From contig OZ037765.1 of NCBI GenBank assembly GCA_964035545.1, positions 17,484,995 through 17,548,994 of the forward strand: DNA of 64,000 nt. Direction: 5' to 3'. The stretch's first letter is position 1; the number at the start of each line of letters is the position of its first letter. This DNA is from Bugula neritina. Taxonomy: Eukaryota > Animalia > Bryozoa. This document shows, piece by piece, positions 1-15,000 of the stretch. The notes beneath the pieces are model-generated. The model had not been told where the DNA came from. It did not search any database and saw only the letters and a list, made by a program, of their open reading frames with translations. Made by a program: the position numbers and the translations under genes.

Positions 1-2
1 GG

Positions 3-215
3 GGTAAAGTTCGCCAGGCTTATGCTCCAACAGCTACTGGACTACAAGATGCACGTCCATTACCAAAGTTGGCTAAGTTCACACAATTGTGGAACTTAAT
101 CTTTGAAATAGTTAGAGACAATGAAATGCTGGAGCTTGATGAGCCTGACCCACGTCTTTGGTGGCGAAAAGTTTTTATTAACTTGCGTAAAGTGCATGGT
201 AAAGGTGAGCATTAA
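3..215 (+). CDS. 3' end of an unidentified open frame, truncated by the window start
   Basis: 70 sense codons without a stop (GKVRQAYAPT...DPRLWWRKVFINLRKVHGKGEH*), more GC-rich than the neighbouring introns. Family not recognised. Confidence 0.4.
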   Translation, partial: GKVRQAYAPTATGLQDARPLPKLAKFTQLWNLIFEIVRDNEMLELDEPDPRLWWRKVFINLRKVHGKGEH

Positions 216-256
216 CTATTCTGCATACAAAGCATTGCATATATGTTGTGTTGCAG

Positions 257-3200
257 GGCAGCTGAGCCCGTTGTAGAGGCTGAGGTTGATGTTGAAGCTG
301 GGATGGATGGCTCAGGTGATGCAGTGTCAGATGGTAAAATTCTACTCTCACTTTACAGCCACAACTCATAGTTTGTGTGTAAAATTGCTTAGTTAAGCAT
401 TTATTATTGCCTAATATTTGTTTGCTGCCTAGTTCCTGGAAAGTTATATATTTCCTGGTCTATTTTAGCCTGAATTGTTGTATAAAGTGTTCGTCATGTC
501 AACTTTTTGTCCCTTGACTCTTTTGGAGCTACTAATGAGACAGATGTGTAACAATTATAGTATCCAGTCCTCATCATTACACAAAATAATTGATTACACT
601 GTGGTCAAGTTCGTCATACCTCATCATTTCGTTTGTTTGATGAACAATAAGTCTATTCTTGGCATATTTTTGTCAATAAATGCTGAGTTACTTTTTACTT
701 GTTTTCCCCTTCAATGCATAAGGTTTTATCAACCTATTGTCATTCCCAGTCCCACAACTTTCCAGGCTACTGAACTGCTAACTTGACTTTAACCCTTTTC
801 AATTCATAAACTTTTCCCTATTGTTTGTCAGTGGTGATGCCTTTATTGCATGTCAGCACACCAGAAAAGGCTGTTCATGATGACTCAAGTGTCTAGGCTA
901 TAAACTATTTGTAAAACACCTATAATATATTCAGTTATGTAAATTTGTTACCCATCAACCTGTAAATCATACATTTGAAAAACTTAGTTTAAATATTTAC
1001 GTCAAAGGTTGGCGTTTTTATTTCTGAAAAGAGAAAGCCTCCCATTATATCAAGCATATTAATATCTACTTGTTTGTGTCACAGCAAAGGCAAGCAGTAT
1101 TGCTGAGCAGTTGATGCAGAATCCTGAAGTATTGTCGGCCATTGAAACAAAACTGGCTGGAATGGCGGATGTTGACTCTTCACCCTCAGCACACATGAAG
1201 AAGTAAGTAACCAGCACCTGTTGGCAGGTGTCTAGTAAGAATTGACACATAAAGCTAACATCAATCCATTCTGGTTGTTTGACCAGATTCTCAAGGTTAA
1301 CATAGTTGTAAGTTTTCAATGCTTAGCTTTATTGTCCAATATATTATTAGTGCATGTTTATTTTACTCTGCGTCTGTGTTTTGTATAAACTATTTAGTGT
1401 TGAGAGTTTTTCAGGTGGATGGGTATTTTACCACCAGCTTATATGAACTACTGTATACTTCTGTTTTCATAATAATTTAATTGTCTTTTTTTCTTATTTT
1501 AGCCTCTATGGTGCATTTGATTCTAGTGTTGGTCTGCTTTTTCCTTTCATAGTCGTATTTATTGTCTCTAATAATAAAATTTATTGACTTGCTATTTTCT
1601 TTAACAAAGTTAAATGACTGGAAAACCGTAATGATTTAGAGAACAATGAGTATGGTCAAAGACATGCATTTGTTCTGGCTGGTTGGCTCACTCTAACTCT
1701 ATCTTTAATAAAAACCTCACTTGGAAAACTGCACGGACCCTCTTAGCACTCAGTGCCAGCCCCATCACCTCCCCTCCACCTCTTGCTTCCATATCTTGAC
1801 AATTCTTTTTTATTCCATATGTGTAGCTTAGTATGTATATAATGTGTACAATACAACACAACACAATACAGATATGTAACTGAATGCATGCTGGTGAACA
1901 GCTAGGACCAAGGTAGTTGATATGGAGGATATGCTCTACTGATCAATCTATGAAGTGGATAACCAGCCATCAATCATTATATGAATCTACCCATGACTCA
2001 CCCTTACAATCTACTGAAAATACTAATACTAAATTCCTTTTAATTACCTCGCACTTAATCACTGATGGAACAATAGCTTTTTAGTAAGAATGTGGAAATT
2101 TCTCAATATTTACACATTCATAATACTTTTTTGTATTTTGACAGTTTACCAAAGCCTGTTATCAGGCGAGTCAAAGCTCTTAAAAAGTTACAGTTTGATA
2201 TGATTCAAATGGAGAGCAAGTTTTATGAAGAAGTACACCAGCTGGAATGTAAATACGCTGAACTGTATGCTCCCATCTTAGAAAAGGTGCAGTTATTTAT
2301 TATATTATTCTTTAGCTTGTGTCATTGTTGCTGTGTTGATTGTAACCTTACTTTGTTGTAAGTAATGACAGCTGTCTACATTTACTCTTACTCTATCATT
2401 GTTTATAGACAGTCTAAACTCTATTCTCTCTTGCTATCTAATAAATAGTTTTATGTTGACATTTCATGTAACTAATTAGAAATCTGTTGTAAATATACCA
2501 GCAGCTATTAAGGTAATCAACAACACAAGGCAGAGTTACAATTGTCTTTGGACAATATTGTACATATATTGCATTGTTTGAAGCTTGATAATTTCTACCT
2601 TTAGAAGGTAGAAAGGTAATCAATTTTAAATTCTTTTGGTATCAGTTTAGCTTCACTGAAATCTGCTAGAAATAGCAACAACCATATTATAAAACCTCCC
2701 TGCAATGCCAATACATTAATTAATAGTTAGTTTAATGTCATGCTATTTTCATCTGTAAGCAATTCTTTGCTACAAAGCTTGGTAACAATAATGTTTTTGT
2801 TATCAATGAGGATCTATTACATTAGGTTTAAAGCCAGAGTTATTAAACATCTTCTGAAGCAGGGCTGCTGTTAGATGATGTTTAGTATTACAGTAAAGTG
2901 CAGTTAGAGCTTGAGAGAGTTGACTTGGCGGTCACAGTATATATTCTCTCCTCTCAACACACCAAACACTACTGGCATTACTTGTAACCTCTGCTGACAC
3001 TTCATGAGTCATGCTGCCTGCAGGCTAGCATATTCATATTATCTCTGCTTCTACTTGACTTCTGCCAGCTGTTTTGATTGATTTCCATCAAGTTGACAGT
3101 TGAGACCGCTGACACTGTACCGCTAGTATCTTCACCTTTTGTCCTCCTGAGAATAATTTCTTCCTTCTTTTCCACCAGCATTACTGATGCCAATCAGATC

Positions 3201-3857
3201 TCACTTCAGAGAAGGTTGTAGTGGTGTGTGTGAATTGTAGAGAAATGAAATAGTATCCGGGGAGGTGGAGCCAACTGATGAGCAATGTGATTGGCCGTCG
3301 GATGAAGAAGACGATGACGAGGCAGCTCTGGCTGCAGAGACAAAGGAGAAACTAGCACTGGAAGACGTGCCTGCTGAAGGTATGCATGTGTTTCCTTGCA
3401 GATAGTAATCTGTGTGAACACTTCCTTGCCGGATAGCAATCTGAACACTTCCTCTTGTAGTTAACCACATTCCTGTGTCGTAAAATCCTGAAAAGATAAA
3501 CACCGTCATGTGCTCACTTTTTGAGTTTTGTAATTTTATTAGTTTCAAAACCTCTTTTAGTTTTAACAACTTTTACTGTTGCCTATCACAAACCCAAACC
3601 ACTTAACCTAGTCACCATAAGACCTGAGGCTACACATGGAAGTAGATCGTTGTGTCAAATATTCAACTGATATTTTCACCCTTGCCGTCATTACATATTT
3701 AGCATGCTTCTGGCGCAGCTTATATGTTTTTTTTTCTAAAATAATCTTTTTAGAAACTAGGTAGTCAAAGTGGCATAGGTTGAATTTAATAGCAATTTAT
3801 TTAGCTGATGCTTTTCTATAATTTTATTTGGCTCCTTCACCTAAGTTGTTCATGCTT

Positions 3858-3896
<39 letters not shown>

Positions 3897-6800
3897 AGCT
3901 TTGTAGATGTTCAGTTTTTCCTGCATGTTCATGACTCTTGTCTTGCTACATATAATCTGCACTGCTAGTTGGCATCTGATGTTCTCTGCTCACTCAGCAT
4001 ATACTTGCAGATATTAAAGGCGTCAAGAGTTTCTGGTTGATAGCCTTCAAGAATGTAGACTTGTTAGCTAGCATGATACAGGAGAATGACGAGCCCATTC
4101 TAGAGCATCTCACCAACGTCAAAGTGCAGTTCTCAGCTGAACCCATGGTGAGTGTATGCTGTCTTCAATGGCTTTCAGCATATTTTTAAAGGTATAGGTG
4201 AAAGTTTAAATTTAGAAATAAACTGAGTTTTATAATTGTTTTTTGAAAAAGTCAAGAATCAAACACTGGAGATGATTTAGTAGTCTCAATGCATGTTTTA
4301 GTAAACTTACGCCATCAGTGCAAATTTTAGGAATAGCAGAGTGTAATGGAAGTGGCTGTGTAGTTGAATATTCATAGGATTAGTGAAGTCTGTGCTTCAT
4401 GAAAGTTGTCGAGTTAAGTTTAAAATTTGGAAGTATTGTGAGGACGGGTAACTTTTACTTTTGAAGTGAATTCAAAAGTATATAGAAATAAACAAACTAG
4501 TAGTTCAAAAGTGAGGTTAGACTTGAAATTGTCATAGAAAGTTGTCTCATTTTGGTAGGCAGCAAATTATTACAAGAAGTTACTCAAATTCAATATATGT
4601 ATGTTTCAAAGTTCTATCTTATCATTGACTTCCACTTTTTTAAATGTTTTGCTTTGCTGTTTCACACTACTTTTGAATTCCACCCGCAGGGATTCACGCT
4701 GGAGTTCCACTTCTCCCCCAACGAGTACTTCACAGACAAAGTGCTCACCAAATCCTATGAAATGAGAGCTGAACCTGATGAACAAGATCCTTTCTCATTT
4801 GAAGGTCCGGAGATTGTGGCCTGCCAGGGGTATGTTAGTCATGTGACTTCTCTATATAATTCTCATTGGTTACTATTTCTGTATGTGTTAGTACTTGGTA
4901 TCATTCCAAAATTGACATTGGTGCCTGCAGCTTTTGCAAAGTAGAGGCAATGTATGCAGTTTGCTGAACTTTGAACAGTTTCTATGAGTTGCCATCCCAG
5001 CAATACCAATTTATTTTTATTTAAATTACACAATACAGCTACAACTACATGGCAGCTACTTGACAAACCTGATAATTAGAAATCTTAATTACTTCTAAAT
5101 TTGTGAATTTTCTAGAATACTTTAATTTTAATTACTGTAGCTTTCAGGACGACACAAGTTGCATTTAATTTTTGTTTACTTAGTGCTGCCAACGTGAAAA
5201 TTTAAGCAAACAAATAAATCTATAAATAAATGCAATGGTGAGTAAGGGTCAAGTTGTGTCAATAATCTCAGTTACATGCTTGTTCTTGTTATACAACTTA
5301 TATAACATTCATCTCACTTGAGTGCATTTCTCTGGGAATATTTCAGATTCATTAGTGCCAATTGCATGCCTGGGGTAATAAGTGGTGAAAATTCATTTAT
5401 TGTTAAAAGTCATTCAGCAGTAACAAATTTCATTTTTTTATAAGCCTTATGTTTGATCAGCTATTATATGGCAGTAGGTATGGATAATTTATACTACAGT
5501 AATAATAATAGGCATCATAATATTATTTAAGTGTTTCCACTCAACAAGTTTTAAAATTTTAATTGTGGAGCATAATTAGAAGAAAGTACTGACACAAAAA
5601 TACAATATCAAAGGCAACTCTGAATATTTTTTAACATTTTCAAGAGCATTTGTAGGACAATAAATTCTACACAAAATATTGATTATTGTTCATTGCTGAA
5701 GTGGAGCGTTTGAACTTGAAACTACATGATGCACCTGGGTAAATGGTTGGTTGTTCTAACTGCGTGGCTGTGTGTTGCAGCATCTGCCTTCCATGTTTGT
5801 GGAATAAATTCAATAATACCTAATGTTAATAACAATGTAACAATACTTGTTAATAAAATGTGGCACTAGATGCAGGGATTTTAGCTTGTAGCTACTATGG
5901 TGATACATACCAGTTACACGTATTCAGTATCTTCCCTATTCTGGAGTTAGTTGTATACCCTGTAGATGTGTTATCAACTGGAATAAAGGAAAGAACGTGA
6001 CTGTTCGGGTCATTAAGAAAAAACAAAAGCATCAAAAGTCCGGCACCACCCGAACAATTACAAAGGAAGAGCAACAGGATTCCTTTTTCAATTTCTTCAC
6101 TCCTCCGGCTCGTAAGTTATTCTCACCAGCCTGCCTTATGCTTGTGATGTCGGTGGCCAAGACAAAGGTCACTTCTCCCTTGCTTTAATATATGTCTCTA
6201 ATAATAAAATGTGTCGAAATATCTTAGCTACAATCACAACACGTTGCTAGAGTTGCAACACATCGAGATTAATTTTTGTAATAGTCGTTGTGATATTGTC
6301 AAGTTAGAATTTAAATTGTAAAATTGCAAATTTCATTTTTATTATTCAACTACATTATAAACTTAGTTCACGTGAACATACAACTGTAAAATTGTGTTAA
6401 AATTGTAGCTGAGATGTTATATATTTATTACTACATTACAAATCCAGCAATGCTGATCTAATAGATATCACATACTGTTTGATTATATACATGAAATGGC
6501 ATAGCACAGTTTATCTACAAATAATTCAAGACGAGTGCAGTGAGAGATAAACCAGTATAAGATCAGATATCTTTCACCAAAATTTTCACACCACCTGCCA
6601 ACCGGTTTCTAGCTAAAGCCCAACACACCAAACTGAAATATGTATAAAAGTTTTAGCTGCAGTTTGTTAGTGTTATCATAGAGTATTGGTGCCATCCTTC
6701 TAATAGTAATTCTACGTTTTAGCTGAGCTTGATGAGGAAGAGATTGACCATGAAACGGAGGCTTTGCTGCAGGCTGACTATGAAATCGGCCATTTTATCC

Positions 6801-8816
6801 GTGAAAGGATTGTCCCTCGAGCTGTTCTGTTCTACACTGGTGAAGCTTGCGATGATGTAAGTGAATGTACTTACTCTAATACTTACAGTGTATTGTAGTA
6901 CTTGCAATGTACTTACTGTAGTATTTGCAATGTATTTACTGTAGTACTTGCAATGTATTTACTGTAGTACTTACAGTGTACTGTAGTACTTACAGTGTAC
7001 TGTAGTGCTTACAATGTATGTACTGTACTGCTTACACATGCACTTGTTAGCACTAGCAACATCTTCCTTTAAATATAAACAATCATAGTATCTCAACTGG
7101 TTGCAGGAAATGTTCCTGTGTATTATAATGAGTTAAAAGTGAGTGTTGTGCCCCCATGGACAGTGCTGGGTGTTCTCATTTAGTATACATAGTTTCAGTG
7201 CTACATTCTCATATGAATATTGTTTTCACCTGAGTATTTGAGAACTCCTTTACATCTGGTGTTGCAGGATGAGGACTTTGAAGAAGAAGAAGATGAAGAC
7301 TACGAGGACGACGACGAAGATGATGACCTTGACCCCTCCTGCAACAACGTAAGGAGCTGACTTTTCTTTGCTTTCTTTTTTGTTGAATTGGTTAGCATTT
7401 TTTGCTATATTTCTAAATTATTTATTTATGGAAAGTTATGCAAATACATGCAATGTATTTGAAAGTAGAAAAGTTTGCATTTTGACTAGTAATTAGTTTC
7501 AAATATATTTTATATAGACACTTGAATTTTTTATTCTTGAGCCTTGTAATTAAATTAGTATTCTATTACATCCGTAGTTTGTTTATTTTATTTTAGTAAA
7601 AAATTTGGTATGTCAATGTTAAAAATATGCTACAAGTGTGTCACAATGTCCATTTCAAAATCTCTAAGAATGATTTAGAACGCTCCGTTGTTAATATTGA
7701 AACCACACACGGTTTTCTCTCTAAAACGTGTTTACTGCATAAAATCACACTGTTTGCTATTTTCTTTGCTCACTGCCTGCGGTGGTTTGGGAATTAATCT
7801 CAGGTGCTAAAGACTGGTTCTCTTTCAGCTGTGAGGTAGATTAGCCAAGTTAAACTAATACGTATTTTTATTGCACTGTGAAACTGGTTTGTTTAGATGT
7901 GAAAATTAGCAACACGAATGTTTGTGTCTGCATAATTAATTTGCTAAGATATTTTTGGGAATTTTACTACATGAATGTGACTAGTCAGCCCAATTATACA
8001 ATGATCTGTGTGAACTCTGACAGCAAGTAATTGATGCTGTCAATAATAAGTCAAAAAAGATTGGTAGATGCTTTGAAATGTGTGCATAATGTAACTATTG
8101 TAGTTAAAGAGTTTATGGTTGAGAACCCATCTTTGTGTACCATTCTGGGGGAGGGGAGGGGGGGAATGTTACTGTTATGTGACCTGAAGTGCTTGTTGCA
8201 TGTTGAATTGGGAATGCAATCATCTTGTTAATAAAAGTGTGTTTGTCTTTTTATGACTTCAGGTAGATGTACATAAAATACTTCTGAACAGCCATTTGAA
8301 TTTACAATAAAACGACAAACACATTAGAAAACCAACATAACATAAAATAATTGTTATAATTATATGTCTGTCCAAATCCCCTCTAATGTTCAGAGTGTGT
8401 AAACTGTGTGTAAACTATTTTCACTCTGAAACAAAAGCCAGCATTAGTGTTTCAGCATTGTGTTGCATTTTGCTAGCTTAAGTTTACTGTTTAGTACATC
8501 TTGCCAATTTCTAAGGAATTTGCACAAGTATTCAGCTGATCTTGAAAATTCTAAAAAAAGTTCAAGAGTATTTTCATTAATTGGCAATTACTTTATCTAC
8601 AATCAGACTTTAGAGTTTTCCATGGTGGGGGAACCATTAAAGGCAGAAGAGAAATCATGTTTTATAATGCTAGCCCAACTAGAAGAAATGTTGAATATTT
8701 TAACTAATCTCAGCTTAAATGTTTCTCTAATAAAATATTTATGTTTGAAACTTAGAAGATATCTGTTTATGTTGTAGGCTGGTGGTGAAGGTAAAAAAGA
8801 ATGTAAACAGCAATAA
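257..8816 (+). CDS. NAP1L1: Nucleosome assembly protein 1-like (NAP1L1/NAP1L4 type), spliced; start codon upstream of the window
   Basis: GT-AG exons at about 257-333, 1085-1202, 2145-2286, 3241-3379, 4011-4147, 4691-4829, 5966-6111, 6723-6856, 7268-7348 and 8778-8816. They encode LMQNPEVL, LPKPVIRRVKALKKLQ, GFTLEFHFSPNEYF, KKKQKH, DSFFNFFTPP, DYEIGHFIRERIVPRAVLFYTGEA, an acidic tail and a terminal CKQQ* CaaX box. Confidence 0.95.
3860..3892. repeat. (TA)n microsatellite
   Basis: Pure TA run in a NAP1 intron. Confidence 0.9.
6865..7040. repeat. Degenerate 19-23 bp minisatellite (tactgtagtacttacagtg-like)
   Basis: Tandem units visible directly after the exon donor at 6857. Confidence 0.8.
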
Positions 8817-11800
8817 AGACATATTGCCTAGATAATGTTACTGTCAACACCACCATTATTTTGTGCTTGTTGAACATTATGTTATGTGCAGTGTTGAAAT
8901 CTGTAAATATTTGGTGTCATTTTTTAGCCAATTACTTTGATAGAAACCTAGTCCAATGAGATTTTATGTTTGACCACCAATTTATGATGTTAGTATTGCA
9001 TAATTAAAAATAAATATTCAAATCACCTTCAAATATTTGCTTTTTTGAGTTGATCTGCCCATTTAAAGCATTGTCATAGAAATTTAAGATACAGTATGCT
9101 AAATATAATATGAGTATATATGTAAATATATGATGCACTTACATCTGTCAAAGTCTTTTAAAGTTATTGGAATATCATATCTCACAAATATTAGCAAATT
9201 TACTATTATTTTTATTCGTAAGCTGCAAGAGTAAATTTTAGAAGCTTAGCAAGCTGCATAATTATTTATAAAAAGTAAAGTTACAGGCTAACTTAAGGAA
9301 AATAATTGTCTCCATTAAGCACTTCTACTTGAAAAATTGTGAAGCCGATAGTTCAATAGCCCGCTGCTGAAACAACCAATATTATATATTGATATAGATT
9401 GTAGCTATGATTTATGAAGAAAAACCATTTCAGTCATTTGATATACTTATTTGTTAAACTAGCTTTTTCTAAAATATATAATGTATATGGTTGATAAAAT
9501 ATAGTCAACGCATGTGTTTTGAAAGTGTAATAAAATAACTATAAATATGTAAAACAAGTAATAAATGTGACTGTCTTGATGAATGCAAAACTGAAAATAA
9601 TTTGAAAACAAACTTTGCAGAGCTGGGTCTAAAGTCCCTTAGACCTGGGCACTTGATATGCCGAGTTGTATACAAAAATGAGTTAAATACAAACATCAGC
9701 GCTGTAGACTGGCTAGATGTTTCACTTAATCATTGTAAGGCATACATAAATTATAATTTACAACACTTGACCATGGGGTTTTCAAATAAGTGATTACTAA
9801 AAACTGGATATCCTAAATATGTTTTCAACCGTCAACAAATTAGGTAATACATGTTATATGTAAAAGCATTATTTTATAATGAAAATTTAAAAGCAGCTTT
9901 TCATGGATGGCTTACAAAAACCCATCACGTATATTTGGTTATTTATGGGGTCTAAGATTTTCTTGCACATTTGAGATCTAAACCTTTTATTTTATATGTC
10001 CTAGCAACATGCTTCAATAATTAGAAATTAAGGAATTTAGGACTATGTGATGACATTCTATATCACTACACTGCTACTGAACATATGCAATTCATCTCAT
10101 TTCACATAAAGTTACCATAGTCTCTCGTGCTCCTTGGGTCCCCATATCTGGTCTTGCCTGATCTAAGCAGATTAATATTAATTTACACTATGCAATCAAA
10201 TAATACAATACTTTTTTACATAATTATTGTAGCAGTTTTTTACGGTTACATATATAATAGCAGTGATAATTGTTGAGAGTAAAGTTTTACCTATAAGGAT
10301 AAAAGGTCATGACTAATAACAAGCATGCTAAATATAAAACATTTTTAAAATTTAACAATGTAATAAGAATGTAATCTAAATTTTAAGCAACTATTTAAAT
10401 AAAGTGATGAGACTAAATATTTTATGAAATAAATAAACAACATATGTACATGTTGTTTATTTATTTCATAGGACTGTTATCAACTTGGTTCAGTTTTGAA
10501 TTTATAAGCATAAAATATATTTTACCCACAATAATTTTCCTGTTAGTTGAAGCTAAAATTATGATTGAGAGTTACGTGACCCTTGTTACTAAACATTAGC
10601 AAGTATAAATTCATTTATATAGCCAGTGTTCTAGAAGTAAAAATTATGGAATTTATTAAACATGATGATGATGTGATGATAAGCAGAACATTTTACTCAC
10701 ATGCTAACTTATCCTGTAAAACTCTGTTAATCCACATTCTATCCTTGAATGTGAATGAATAGTGAATGAGTACACAGTAGTTAAAGTCATAGACATGATG
10801 AGGGGTGATCAGTAAATCTCTTCTCAATAAATTTTCTGGCACTGATGCAAATAAGTTAGTGACTTTGTGTTTTGATTGTTGAGTGTAATGAAGTTAGCAA
10901 AGCATTAAAAATTCCATTTTATTCAACTACCTATAGATATTATTTTAATTGTACTATCTATTGACAATATGCATAATTCAATGAACTATAGGTATTACTT
11001 GTAAGTCAACTTGCAGTAAAGTTTTTACCCAATTTTTGTTCAAAGCTCACAGATTTTAAATCAAGTATTTTGTATAAAGAAAATGTTGTTTTGTTCTATA
11101 TACTTCAGAATATTAGTTTCTAGAATTCTACAAAATATTAGTTTTAATCCATCAAGTATGCTGATAAGAGACCTAATCCTTTTTTTATCTTACATTCTAT
11201 GAAGTGTTATAAGTTTTGAGAAAAATTTTTTTATTGAACAGATTCAAAATCGTTAGTAGCGAGGCTTTAGTAACATCTCTCTATGATTTTCAAAAACATA
11301 AATTGTTACTAAAATAGTATAAAATGTTTTAAGCTTTCCTTCCCATAGAAAAATTTCAACATGTTCAGTAGACTTTTGTGGTCAGAACTGTTTAGCAAGT
11401 TTTACAGAGAGGATAAATCCTACAAAACAATTCAGAGTGTAGAGATGCTTGGTGTTATAAGAATAGTAAATGTTAATCGCTTTAGAAGCATAAAAACTGG
11501 CCATAACAGGCAAATAAAACATGTATATAGAAAGATATGGTAGAAAATAAGTTTATAAAAATTGCATCAGATACAGGTTTGTATATGTACAGAATGTACA
11601 AACTACATTAGAACACTAAGGAACACGTTGCACTAGCTTATTGAAGAGAATAAACACAAAACACACTATACACGTATAAATACTGCTACAAACCAAATGC
11701 ATAAATATTGATATAGACACTAGCAATATATAAAAAAATATAAGTGCGAAACTACATAAATAAAATTGATAACTTTGATTTTGTACTTGTTAGTTTTTAA

Positions 11801-12052
11801 CGTAACTTACATAGATATTTGTGCATTAGAACATTTCAAAACATTTTCAATGTGATTTTCAGTAATAAAAAATTACATGTGCTGCTTAGCTCTAAGGGCA
11901 TCTTATACGTAACATATTACTCTTATAATATTATTATTGCTAGTCTAGGAATGTTCGAGTGCTCAGAAAAAATATATAAGTATGAGATCCAATTTCACAT
12001 GAACAGTATATCAATGCATGAGTAAAACTATCCTTCAGTAACCAATGAGTAG

Positions 12053-15000
12053 TCAAAGTAAGTCTTGATTAAACATATCAAGTCCACCATCCATCTCTGT
12101 GCTTGTTTGGTGGTAAGCTACAGGATAACTGAATCTACTTCCATCTGCTGAACTGTAACAAAAATAAAAAATTTAATTTTTAATTTTGGCAAACAAAAAT
12201 AAATGATATGACAAAATAAAAAAAAAAGTGTTAGTTACAACACAAACCAAATTTGCTGCACTACAGAGACTTATTAACTTATAAATAAATGCTTATATAA
12301 AATGTATTTATTTCAGCCTTTTTGAAGCTTTCAACCACAACCAGCTACAATGAACAACACCATGATATGCTTCCCTCACCTGGTTTTCAAGTAAACATGC
12401 TGGTTATTTCCAGGATATAATGTAGTTTTGTTAGTAAGTTCAGTCCACCATGAATAAGTTTCTGTTCTCCACCAAACTCGTTGCCTCTTGAACTCTATAC
12501 TCAACCTCAAATACTTGACATTGTTTAAGTCAGTTCTCCTGAAACAGTAAATTATCATTGTAAAGCAAAGCCAGCCATTTTTTATAAATATATTTTGTAG
12601 ATCACCAAATTATAGAAAATGCATTTAAAAACAACAAAACAATATTAGTAACTAATTTCAAAGAAACAAATAACATCAACTCAACTAACACTTCAACACC
12701 AGGTGGCGCCAGATGATACTTCAGATCATATCTTTTTTCAAGGATTGGAATTTCAAACTTCTCAATTGAACGTCGAAACCTGAAAAAATCTTTTGGTATA
12801 GTAAACTTAGGTACAGATACAGTATTTCTATTTGTAATTATTTTATGGCATCAAATTTATACACTGGGTGTCATAAATTATGACCTATATCTACATTTTT
12901 TTACATTTTCAATTTAGAATGTGAGCTGCTATCTACTGACACTGGTATGAAAACTTTCCAAACCAGAAATATTTCTTTAGTTGTGGATACTTTGAGAAAC
13001 TGGTTGAATCAATTTTAAAGAAATTCATCAACATAAAGCTCTAAACAACACAAACGCTCATTTAATAGTGTATTTCAAAGTTTTTATTTAGTTCAAGACT
13101 GCATATTTAATATATACTGACAAGTCAAAATCCTTTTGTAGGCCTTCTGGGTTTTCCCCAGCGAGATGTTCCCAAGGTGCTTCTTTCCAAGCTCGCTCTG
13201 CAACAGCGAGAATTCTGGGAAAAGTGCTGTCGTCTAGCCGGTGCTGATGAGGTACTGTCTCTGAAAACAGTACAGCCTCTACACCAACAATATTCTCCTT
13301 TTTTATTAAGGGTGGACAGCGCTTCACATCACAGAATTCTTCATTAAGAACTCCCGTAGAACTATAGAAGAAAACACAAACGAACTATTAAATATAAAAA
13401 ACAAGTAACTTCAGCTGTTACTATTTATTTTATTTGAAATGTGAAATATTTGTTACCTTTGATAGATAGAAATGTTATCTTTGATAGATAGGACAGTTAT
13501 TTGCTAGTAATTTTATATTTGGCTTATAAATTGTATAACAGTGTTGCATGTCAGTTTTCACAGCAATAATCTGGGAATGTATTAAGTTAGCAGAATATAC
13601 TGAGCAGCTAGAATTGAGCATGATAACTCATGATGTAATAAGATAATGAAAATCATCTATAATTTAAAAGAAATGAACCCTACATTGAATCAGAAGTCTT
13701 TATGCATGAGAGTCTAAAAATAAATAGTAAAACTAGAGAATTATATATAAAATTTGGAAACCACCAATTTGCTGCCAAAATTTCTACTATTATAAAAGTA
13801 ATAAATCACTTAAATTATTAGAAAAATAAACAATTCTTACGATTTCCTAATAATATTTCCATAATAATTATCAGGTCTAAATGAGAACGTAGTGAGTAGA
13901 TTGATATAGCGAGTAGCCCAGTAAAAGCCACTGTCCTTAGGGTGTGGCTCTTGGGCATGGTCAAAGTAGTATCTGGAGGCTGGGGCAAGGATCACCTGAA
14001 ATATATTCTAATATGAGAATGTCTACACAACACAGTTGAGCTGGGTATCAGAGTACAAACAGTGCAAGTGTTTCCACACGCATATAATATACTAGATTCT
14101 AGAATAACAGCATAGTGCCACATCTTAAAGCAGAGCTATCTAGTTACTTTAACGTAAAATAAAAAATTGCAGAAATACCTTTGCTACAATTTCGGTGTTG
14201 TGTAGCCATTACAATTGATTTTATAACATATTTTGTGCATGCATGTCTTCAATTAACCTGTCAGCTTTGGGTAATCTGATTATGACATCACGGTAAAGAG
14301 GATATTAATAACTAATGCCTATAAGACTAGCTAGAACTTTTAGCAAATAAAGCCTTATTTCTTATGTTCTGTTGGTTGGGTCATTTACAGAAACCTATTG
14401 CAACATTTTTGTTGGATCTCTTCTTATACAAACAATAATTTCAGGGATAGTGACTTTAAACCCATGTGATTTTACATACGTTCAAATTAGTAAAATAAGT
14501 AGAGCTGTGATGTTGAAAACTAACAGCATCATTTGACATGCTGCATAAAAAATTCAGCCATTCAAACGCTAGCATCATAAACTGAATAAACCTCACCTTA
14601 TAACCGCTGTTGGCCAGGTTGTATGGCCTACTATCAGACGTTCCATCAAGTATGGAGAACCAAACGTAGGTGTAAACAGTGACACCTGGTGGGAAGACTT
14701 CTTCCTTCACAAAAGGCTCATCAGTCAAGCTGTCAATCAGACCGTCTTCCCAGAAGGCTAGAGACAAGCCTACAGACTCTGCCAGAGCGCCAAGTCTGCG
14801 CAGCATAGCAATTTTTATTTCTCTCACTTTCTCTTTTTGATCATCTACCAGTCAACCACACAATATGCAATAAATTTATTACAAAAAAACTTAGCATCTC
14901 GTACATCAATCATGTAAAATGTAAAATGATGTTAAATTAAAATTCCATGATTTTGAAGTGCAACTCGGGAAACTTCAACAAACTTAAAATTGTGTACTAT

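Noticed and set aside
800-2100. Intronic snoRNAs in NAP1
   Set aside because: Only isolated TGATGA/CTGA words, with no convincing terminal stem or guide visible; needs an Infernal search.
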